Shown piece by piece: positions 57,184-64,000 of a stretch of DNA of 64,000 nt. Source of the DNA: Terriglobales bacterium (GTDB lineage Bacteria > Acidobacteriota > Terriglobia > Terriglobales > Acidobacteriaceae). The position numbers and the translations under genes were made by a program. Position 1 is the stretch's first letter. Each line of letters begins with the position of its first letter. A model generated the notes under the pieces. It searched no databases. It was not told where the DNA came from and worked only from the letters and a program-made list of their open reading frames with translations. The stretch covers positions 4,863-68,862 of the forward strand of contig JBBQVN010000005.1 in NCBI GenBank assembly GCA_038211475.1, written 5' to 3'.

Positions 57184-57229
57184 CGTATTGCCCCCTTCTG
57201 CGGGGAATTGCCCTTCGCTTGCAATCTCT

Positions 57230-57823
57230 TCATCTCATGTCCGCCAGCGCGCCGCGCAGCTTCTGGGTGGCGCGAAAAAGTGTGTTCTTGGCCGTCTCTT
57301 CGGTCGTATTCAGCATTTCGCCGACGGTACGCAGCTTCATTCCGTGATAGTGCTTCAGCTCAAACACCATGCGCTCGCGCGGGGTCAATTTCGCCAGCGC
57401 CGCATTTATCCGTCCGCCGACCTCGCGGCCCATCAGTTGACGTTCCGGATTCGCTCCCGCCCGCCCGTCCGGCACCTGATCCAGCAAGCTGTAGGTTTCG
57501 CCGTGCGCGTCTTGCGCTACCGGGGCGTCTTCCTTCCGTACCTGCTTCCGGCGCAGATGGTCGAGACACAAATTAGTGGCGATGCGATAAATCCAGGTGT
57601 AGAACGAGCACTCAAAACGGAAACTGCCGATGTTCTTGAAAGCCTTGAGGAAGGCTTCCTGATAGATGTCCTGGGCGTCCGCTTCCGATCGGGTCAGGTG
57701 GAGGGCCAGGCGCAACACTGCTTGGTCGTAGTGGCGCACCAGATCCTCGAAGGCGGCGCAGTTCCCCCGCTGCGCTTCGCGAATCAGCGTCGTATCATCC
57801 ATGCGGCTTTCCAGCCCAGCCAT
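57230..57823 (-). CDS. ECF-type RNA polymerase sigma factor
   Basis: Region 2 (FEDLVRHYDQAVLRLALHLTRSEADAQDIYQEAFLKAFKNIGSFRFECSFYTWIYRIATN) and region 4 (LTPRERMVFELKHYHGMKLRTVGEMLNTTEETAKNTLFRATQKLR). I prefer the start at 57823 or 57802. The track start (57922) lies inside a promoter-like motif. Confidence 0.9.
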   Translation of the reverse strand: MAGLESRMDDTTLIREAQRGNCAAFEDLVRHYDQAVLRLALHLTRSEADAQDIYQEAFLKAFKNIGSFRFECSFYTWIYRIATNLCLDHLRRKQVRKEDAPVAQDAHGETYSLLDQVPDGRAGANPERQLMGREVGGRINAALAKLTPRERMVFELKHYHGMKLRTVGEMLNTTEETAKNTLFRATQKLRGALADMR

Positions 57824-57900
57824 AAAGTCCTGGGTTCCGCTAGTCTTCGACCGTCCGCCTGCGCGGCCTGACCGGAAACTGTCGCCAACCGTAATGTCTG

Positions 57901-57927
57901 TTACGAAAGCGTCGGCCGGCATGTTCC
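57901..57927 (-). promoter_or_regulatory. candidate ECF-type (autoregulatory) promoter GGAAC-N17-CGTAA
   Basis: The minus strand reads GGAAC (57927-57923), a 17-nt spacer, then CGTAA (57905-57901), ~75-95 nt upstream of the preferred sigma start codons. This is a motif match only. Confidence 0.35.
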
Positions 57928-58119
57928 GAGAGTCCTTGGCAAGCCGCTTGTCCTAGTTTCCGGCTTGCATAGATTTGGACGTGCTTCAACCGAATCGGTG
58001 AGCAGAATTATAGGGAACGCTGGGTGCGACGTAAAACCCAACTCCCCCCGCGACCTCCGTATCCCGGTCAGGCCAGCCCCTGCTTTCACAGTCTGCATCC
58101 CGTCCGGTACCATCAAGGG

Positions 58120-59679
58120 GTGACCCCCAGCGTTCGCGTTCGCTTCGCCCCTTCCCCTACCGGCCACCTTCACGTCGGCAATGCCCGCACCGCACTGTTC
58201 AACTGGGTCTTTGCTCGCCAAAAACGCGGCACCATGATCCTCCGCATCGAAGACACCGATATTGAACGCAGCCAGATCCGCTACGAAGACCAGCTCGTCG
58301 CCGACCTCAAATGGCTTGGCCTCGACTGGGACGAGGGTCCCGACCTCGGAGGCCCGTATGCTCCCTACCGCCAGTCGGACCGGCTGGAGATTTACCGGGA
58401 ATATGCCGAGCGCCTGCTCAGTGACGGCAAAGCCTACCTCTGCTTCTGCACCGACGAAGAACTTGAGCGGGAACGCAAGCTCGCCCATGCCGAGCACCGC
58501 CAGCCCATTTACTCCGGCAAGTGCCGCGCCCTTGATCTCGATGAGTCCAAGCGTCGCCGGGCTGCTGGCGAGGGCGGAGCAATTCGCCTGCGCATTCCCG
58601 ACCATGCCATCCGCTTTCACGACATCGTACGCGGCCCCGTCGAGTTCTCCAACGAAGTGGTCAGCGATCCTATTCTGCTGCGCTCCAGCGGCATGCCTGT
58701 GTACAACTTTGTGGTCGTGATCGACGACGCTCTAATGCAGATCTCCCACGTTATTCGAGGCGACGACCATATCTCCAATACTCCCAAGCAAGTTGCCGTG
58801 TATGAAGCCCTGGGCTGGCCGGTGCCCGAGTTTGCCCACCTTTCGACCATTCTGGGCGCCGACCGTGAACGCCTTTCCAAGCGTCATGGAGCTACTTCCA
58901 TCGCCACTTTCCGCGAAATGGGCGTTCTCCCCGAGGCCTTGAACAACTACCTTGCCTTGCTCGGATGGGCCCCCCACGGCGGCACCCGCGAAGTCTTTTC
59001 GCTTTCGGATTTGGTGAAACAGTTTTCTCTCGATCGGGTCACGCCCTCGCCCGCCGTCTTTGACATGGAGAAGCTCTACTGGCTGAACCGCCATTACATC
59101 AAGGAAGCACCGCTGGAACGCATCGCTCAGTTGGCTCTGCCCTACTACACGCGCTCCATGGTGAGCGAAATGGCTAAGGCCGCCGGCTTTGAATCTGCGA
59201 AGCAGTCTCCCTGGACTCCGCCCCAGCTGGTCACCGACTGGCTGGCCAAAATCACAATGCTACTCGCGCCCTCCGTGGACCGTCTGGAGCAGTTGCCTGA
59301 GAAAGCATCTCTCATTTTTCACTATGACGCCGCGGCAGCGCTCGCCTCCCCTGACAATGCCGAAGTTCTAGCTGGGCCCAATACCTCCGCCGTAATCGCA
59401 GCTTTCGGCGGCAAGATTTTGGACGATCCGGAGGCGAAGGCCCATCAACTCACGGCAGAACGCTTCAAGACGATCGTCAATGAGGTGAAAACAGAAACTG
59501 GCGCGAAGGGGAAAGAACTTTTTCACCCGATTCGCACCATCGTGACCGGGTCACACTCCGGGCCGGAATTCGACAAACTTATTCCAATCCTCGAGGAAGG
59601 CAGCCGCCTGATGCTGCCTCGCCACGTTTTGAGCGTGCACGAACGCGTGGAAGCCTTCAGGAATGCGTATCGAACTTAG
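58120..59679 (+). CDS. gltX: glutamate--tRNA ligase
   Basis: [25 protein letters not shown] (HIGH) and LSKRHG (KMSKS-like). I chose the GTG at 58120 because the 32 upstream codons of the track ORF look non-coding. Confidence 0.93.
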   Translation: MTPSVRVRFAPSPTGHLHVGNARTALFNWVFARQKRGTMILRIEDTDIERSQIRYEDQLVADLKWLGLDWDEGPDLGGPYAPYRQSDRLEIYREYAERLLSDGKAYLCFCTDEELERERKLAHAEHRQPIYSGKCRALDLDESKRRRAAGEGGAIRLRIPDHAIRFHDIVRGPVEFSNEVVSDPILLRSSGMPVYNFVVVIDDALMQISHVIRGDDHISNTPKQVAVYEALGWPVPEFAHLSTILGADRERLSKRHGATSIATFREMGVLPEALNNYLALLGWAPHGGTREVFSLSDLVKQFSLDRVTPSPAVFDMEKLYWLNRHYIKEAPLERIAQLALPYYTRSMVSEMAKAAGFESAKQSPWTPPQLVTDWLAKITMLLAPSVDRLEQLPEKASLIFHYDAAAALASPDNAEVLAGPNTSAVIAAFGGKILDDPEAKAHQLTAERFKTIVNEVKTETGAKGKELFHPIRTIVTGSHSGPEFDKLIPILEEGSRLMLPRHVLSVHERVEAFRNAYRT

Positions 59680-59686
59680 CCGGTTG

Positions 59687-60595
59687 TTAGCCTTTCAGGA
59701 TCGCTTCAAGCGCCAGGCGCAGCCCCGAGTGGCGGAAGCGGTAGCCACTCTCCATCAATTTGGCCGGCTCTACCCGCTGGCTCGCCAGCAGTAGTTCGTC
59801 CGCCATCTCTCCAAACGCCAGTCGCGCTGCAAATGCCGGCACGGGGAAAATAGCAGGCCTCGACAGCACGCTAGCCAGCACTTTGGTGAAGTCCGCATTG
59901 GTCGCAGTTTCCGGGGAAACCAGGTTGACGGCGCCGCACAACCGATCGCTCTTTAGCACGTGCAGAATGGCCCCAACTTCGTCTTCCAGCGAGATCCAGC
60001 TCATCCACTGCTGTCCCGAGCCCACCTTGCCTCCGACCCCCATCTTGAAGGGCGGCAGCATTTTGGCCAACGCTCCGCCCGCCGCGCTCAACACCACACC
60101 GGTGCGCAGAAACGCTGTCCGAATCCCCGCCGCGATGGCTGGTTGCGCAGCCGCTTCCCACTCTCGGCAAACTCCCGCCAGAAAATTCTGCCCCGATGTG
60201 CTGTCTTCGCGCAGCACTTCATTTCCCCTGTCGCCATAAAAACCAATGGCCGAACCGCTCAGGAACACTCGCGGCCTTACCTCCGCCTTCGCCAGCGCAT
60301 TCGCTAAATTCTGCGTCCCCCGCACTCGACTGTCGCGGATGGCTTGCTTCTTGGCATCGCTCCATCGCCCCACAATGCTCTCCCCCGCCAAGTGGACCAC
60401 CGCGTCGAAGCCCGACACCGACTGTGGCGCGAGGGGCGTTCCCAGTCCCCAACTTATCTGGTCGGCCCGCTTCACTGCACCGCGAGTAAGTTGTACCACC
60501 TGGGCACCCTGCGCTTGCAGCGCCGACACTAAAGCAGATCCGATCAGGCCGGAAGCTCCGCTCACCAGCACACGAGGAGAATTCTGGGGGCTCAT
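59687..60595 (-). CDS. TIGR01777/YfcH-type epimerase family protein (SDR with C-terminal DUF1731)
   Basis: VLVSGASGLIGSALVSAL… The length and the C-terminus (…RVEPAKLMESGYRFRH…LEAIL) are typical of YfcH-like proteins. Confidence 0.88.
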   Translation of the reverse strand: MSPQNSPRVLVSGASGLIGSALVSALQAQGAQVVQLTRGAVKRADQISWGLGTPLAPQSVSGFDAVVHLAGESIVGRWSDAKKQAIRDSRVRGTQNLANALAKAEVRPRVFLSGSAIGFYGDRGNEVLREDSTSGQNFLAGVCREWEAAAQPAIAAGIRTAFLRTGVVLSAAGGALAKMLPPFKMGVGGKVGSGQQWMSWISLEDEVGAILHVLKSDRLCGAVNLVSPETATNADFTKVLASVLSRPAIFPVPAFAARLAFGEMADELLLASQRVEPAKLMESGYRFRHSGLRLALEAILKG

Positions 60596-60761
60596 GGTTC
60601 GCTACTTTAGCAGAATCCCCGTCCGCAGTCCCTGCCTCGCACACTGCGCCGCCGCAGATTTTCCCTCAACGACACAGGAAACTTCATCTTTTTCCCGCTG
60701 CTTTCCACTGCGCGCGCGCCTTGCCGGTTTGCTCCTTCAACGCAGGAGACTATAATTCCTC

Positions 60762-62969
60762 ATGGCGACACTGCGCCAACAGCTCGCGACGAATGTCCTC
60801 ACGGTCACCCGCTTCCGTGAGTTGATGCGCAAGCTGAAAGAGACCTTCCCCAACCAGGATCTGGACATTGTCAAGAAGGCTTACGACTTCTCTCTAAAGC
60901 ACCACCAGGGCCAGACCCGGGCCTCAGGTCAGCCATACCTGGTCCACCCCCTCGAAGTGGCCACGGTACTGGCCGACATGAAGCTTGATCCCATCGCCAT
61001 CGTGGCCGGCCTGTTGCATGACGCCATTGAAGACACGGAACTCACCGTGGTGGACGTGCGCAAAGAGTTCGGCGAACAGGTGGCACACATCGTAGAGGGC
61101 GTCACCAAGATCAACGCCATTGATTTTTCTTCCCGCGAAGAGCAGCAGGCCGAAAACCTGCGCAAGATGATGCTAGCCATGGTGGACGACATTCGCGTCG
61201 TGCTCATCAAGCTGGCCGACCGGCTCCACAACATGCGCACCCTCGAACACCTCTCGCCTGAGCGTCAGCAAAAGATTGCGCGCGAGACTCTCGAAATCTA
61301 CGCTCCCATCGCGCATCGCTTAGGGATGGGCAAAATTCGCGGCGAGCTCGAGGATCTGGGTTTCAAGTATCTCGACCCCATCGCGCACGAGCAAGTCCGC
61401 GAGGCGGTACAGGCCCAGCGCAAAGCTGGCGAGAAAATCCTCGCCAAAGTGGAATCGGTTCTGACCGACAAATTAAAAGAGGCCGGAATCACGGCCCGCG
61501 TCGAGAGCCGCATCAAGCGTTTGTACAGCATCCACAAGAAATTGGTGCGCCAAGGCATCAGCGTCAAGCAGGTCTATGACCTGTACGCCCTGCGGGTCAT
61601 TACCTCATCTCTCACCGACTGCTATGCGGTTTTGGGCATTGTTCACAACTTGTGGCAGCCGGTGCCCGGCCGCATTAAAGACTTCATTGCCATGCCCCGC
61701 CCCAATCTTTACCAGTCCCTGCACACTTCGGTCATCAACGAGAGTGGCGATGCTTTCGAGTTTCAGATTCGCACTGAAGAAATGCACAAGATCGCGGAAG
61801 ATGGCATTGCGGCCCACTGGAAGTACAAAGATGGTCCGGTCTCGGCCAAGGACGAAGAGCGCCTGGCTTGGGTCCGCCAAGTTGTCGAGCGGCAACGCGG
61901 AGTCACCGATCCCAACCAGTTTCTCGCCAGTCTCAAAGTCGACCTCTACCCCGAGGAGGTGTACACCTTCACCCCGAAAGGCCGAGTCGTCGTCCTGCCC
62001 CGCGACGCCACTCCCATTGATTTCGCCTACACCGTGCACACCGATGTAGGCCACACCTGCGTGGGCGCCAAAGTGAACGGCAAAATGGTTCCCGTGCGCC
62101 ACAAGCTGCACAGCGGAGACATTGTCGAGATCATGACCCAGCCCGGCCACAAGCCCAGCCGAGATTGGCTAGCTGTGGTTCAGTCCGGGCGGGCGCGCAA
62201 CAAGATCAAGCACTGGCTCAATGTTCACCAGCGCGAGCGCGCCATTGAAATCGGCCGCAAGGTGATCGAGAAGGAAGCGCGCAAGTACCGGATTTCGCTG
62301 AAACAGATTCGCGATGCCGACTTGCAGCTAGCCGCTTCGGCATACGGCTTGGGGCGCATCGACGATCTGATGGCCGGCATCGGTTATGGCAAGTACTCCG
62401 CTCGCCAAGTGCTTGCCCGATTGGTTCCTGCGGACGCCAAGCCCAACGAAGCCACCGAAAAACCAGCCGGCACCATCGCCAGCGCCATCCGCCGTGTGTT
62501 TGGCAGCGGCAACAATGCCATCGTGGTCAGCGGACATGGCGACGACCTCATGACCTACCTCGCCCGCTGCTGCAATCCCATCCGCGGAGAAAGCATTACC
62601 GGATATGTGACCCGCGGCAAGGGCGTCGCCGTGCACAGCATCAGTTGCCCCAACGTCACCAACTTGATGTATGAGGCTGACCGCCGCATCGACGTGCAAT
62701 GGGCTCGCAATACCGACGGGCCGCCGGTCTCCTATCCAGTCAAGCTCACCCTGTTCTGTGACGACCGTACCGGCATGTTGAAACAGATCACCGCCATCAT
62801 CAGCGATACCGGCACCAACATCCGCAACATTGAGTCCCGCTCCGCCAACGCCCAGGCCAACGTGGATGTGGTGCTGGATATCCTCGACCTGAAGCACTTG
62901 GAGAAAATAATCGCCGGAGTGCGAAAGATTCCCGGCGTGCATGACGTGCAACGCCTTCAGAAAATCTAG
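60762..62969 (+). CDS. rel: bifunctional (p)ppGpp synthetase/hydrolase (RelA/SpoT homologue)
   Basis: HD hydrolase (YLVHPLEVATVLADMKLD…GLLHDAIEDT), synthetase (RIKRLYSIHKKL…YQSLHTSV), TGS (VYTFTPKGRVVVLPRDATPIDFAY) and a C-terminal ACT domain. Confidence 0.96.
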   Translation: MATLRQQLATNVLTVTRFRELMRKLKETFPNQDLDIVKKAYDFSLKHHQGQTRASGQPYLVHPLEVATVLADMKLDPIAIVAGLLHDAIEDTELTVVDVRKEFGEQVAHIVEGVTKINAIDFSSREEQQAENLRKMMLAMVDDIRVVLIKLADRLHNMRTLEHLSPERQQKIARETLEIYAPIAHRLGMGKIRGELEDLGFKYLDPIAHEQVREAVQAQRKAGEKILAKVESVLTDKLKEAGITARVESRIKRLYSIHKKLVRQGISVKQVYDLYALRVITSSLTDCYAVLGIVHNLWQPVPGRIKDFIAMPRPNLYQSLHTSVINESGDAFEFQIRTEEMHKIAEDGIAAHWKYKDGPVSAKDEERLAWVRQVVERQRGVTDPNQFLASLKVDLYPEEVYTFTPKGRVVVLPRDATPIDFAYTVHTDVGHTCVGAKVNGKMVPVRHKLHSGDIVEIMTQPGHKPSRDWLAVVQSGRARNKIKHWLNVHQRERAIEIGRKVIEKEARKYRISLKQIRDADLQLAASAYGLGRIDDLMAGIGYGKYSARQVLARLVPADAKPNEATEKPAGTIASAIRRVFGSGNNAIVVSGHGDDLMTYLARCCNPIRGESITGYVTRGKGVAVHSISCPNVTNLMYEADRRIDVQWARNTDGPPVSYPVKLTLFCDDRTGMLKQITAIISDTGTNIRNIESRSANAQANVDVVLDILDLKHLEKIIAGVRKIPGVHDVQRLQKI

Positions 62970-62978
62970 CTGGCCTCT

Positions 62979-64000
62979 CTACTTCATCACCAGCTTCGCA
63001 ATCGTCGCCAATTGCATGTTCGACGTACCTTCATAGATTTTTCCGATCTTCGAATCGCGCCAATACTTTTCCACGGGGTAGTCTTTCGTGAACCCATACC
63101 CGCCGTAGATTTCGATCGCCAGCGATGTAACCCGTTCCGCTACCTGCGAGCAAAACAGCTTGGTCATGGCCGCTTCTTTCACGAAATTCATGCCTGCATC
63201 CTTCATGCGCGCCGCGTTGTATACCATCAGCCGGGCCGCTTCGATCTCGGTCGCCATCTGCGCGATTTGAAATTGGATTCCCTGGAAGTCGCCGATGGGC
63301 TTGCCAAATTGTTTGCGTTCCTGGGCATACTTCGTCGCATACTCCCACGCTCCCCGCGATACCCCCAGCATTTGAGCGCCAATTCCGATGCGGCCTTCGT
63401 TCAGCGTCTCGATCGCGATTTTGTATCCCTTGCCCGCTTCGCCCAGCACGTTTTCCCCGGGCACGCGGCAGTCTTCCAGAATCAGCTCGCAGGTGGACGA
63501 CGCCCGGATGCCCACCTTGTCTTCCTTCTTCCCCACCGTAAAGCCGGGGTAGTCCTTCTCCACGATGAACGCCGTGATGCCCTTATACCCCGCGGCCGCG
63601 TCAATCGTCGCAAACAGAATAAACAGGCCCGCCTCTTTGCCGTTCGTGATCCACAGCTTGCGCCCGTTCAGAACGTAGTCGCTGCCCTTGAGTTCGGCTT
63701 TGGTTTGCAGGCCAAAGGCATCGGAGCCGGAACTGGCTTCGCTCAGCGCGTATGCGCCACACAAGTCGGTTGCCATGCGCGGCAAGTAGCGCCTCCTCTG
63801 CTCCTCTGTGGTCCAGCGGATTAGCGCATTGTTCACCAGCGTGTTCTGCACGTCCACCACCACGCCCGCCGAAGCATCCACCCGCGACAGTTCTTCCACC
63901 GCCAGAATGGCTTCAAAAAACTTGCCTCCGCCTCCGCCGTATTGTTCCGGAATTTCAATCCCCATCAGCCCCAGCTGGAAAAACTGGTCGATCAGGGAAT
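62979..64000 (-). CDS. acyl-CoA dehydrogenase (partial; N-terminus beyond window end)
   Basis: …IDQFFQLGLMGIEIPEQYGGGGG…YALSEASSGSDAFGLQTKA…ITNG…YEGTSNMQLATIAKLVMK*. The frame stays open to position 64000. Confidence 0.93.
   Translation of the reverse strand, partial: SLIDQFFQLGLMGIEIPEQYGGGGGKFFEAILAVEELSRVDASAGVVVDVQNTLVNNALIRWTTEEQRRRYLPRMATDLCGAYALSEASSGSDAFGLQTKAELKGSDYVLNGRKLWITNGKEAGLFILFATIDAAAGYKGITAFIVEKDYPGFTVGKKEDKVGIRASSTCELILEDCRVPGENVLGEAGKGYKIAIETLNEGRIGIGAQMLGVSRGAWEYATKYAQERKQFGKPIGDFQGIQFQIAQMATEIEAARLMVYNAARMKDAGMNFVKEAAMTKLFCSQVAERVTSLAIEIYGGYGFTKDYPVEKYWRDSKIGKIYEGTSNMQLATIAKLVMK

Noticed and set aside
55187-58620. Large ORFs antisense to real genes: 55187..55966 (+), 57155..57871 (+) and 57901..58620 (-, opposite gltX).
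   Set aside because: Their compositions are Pro/Ser/Thr- or Gly/Ala-rich repeats mirroring the coding strand (e.g. GGGS repeats read as PPP/VS). The opposite strands have strong family motifs.

Overview
High-GC (~58-60%) bacterial chromosome segment. Gene content suggests Acidobacteriota (inference from CarboxypepD_reg-type TonB receptors, GloVer/FG-GAP/PQQ-propeller proteins and many ECF sigma factors). I read three zones. (1) 1-22.8 kb holds regulation, stress and transport genes: an ECF sigma, a MEDS histidine kinase with three response regulators (two frameshifted), a non-canonical NRAMP, a frameshifted SYLF protein, a DUF892 protein, an AI-2E permease with an extra C-terminal domain, an unlisted 51-aa hydrophilin-like ORF, an orphan PD-(D/E)XK-like protein, HPII catalase, a TonB-dependent receptor and a PQQ-like propeller. 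(2) ~22.8-39.5 kb looks accessory. It ends at the 3' end of tRNA-Ser(UGA) and is littered with gene fragments: an IS481-like transposase remnant, a serine-recombinase remnant, and GH15, GloVer, FG-GAP and pentapeptide fragments plus a decayed PQQ-propeller paralogue. It contains the most interesting locus, a translationally coupled six-gene operon (PIG-L deacetylase, SDR-GT26 fusion, two divergent B12-binding radical SAM enzymes, SDR epimerase, GT4) facing a Wzy/O-antigen-ligase-like gene. This operon fits no canonical O-antigen/EPS, thiol or aminoglycoside pathway. (3) 39.5-64 kb is housekeeping: acyl-CoA carboxyltransferase, amidohydrolase, add, APC permease, uvrD/pcrA, hslVU, FAH, lactonase, gltX, rel and an acyl-CoA dehydrogenase. 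It also carries an ECF sigma / ZAS-HEAT anti-sigma / DUF4097 / tandem-PDZ envelope-stress-like operon with a candidate autoregulatory promoter. No CRISPR array, rRNA, intact transposase or recognisable defence system was seen. All functional calls come from motif recognition by eye, and no database search was run.
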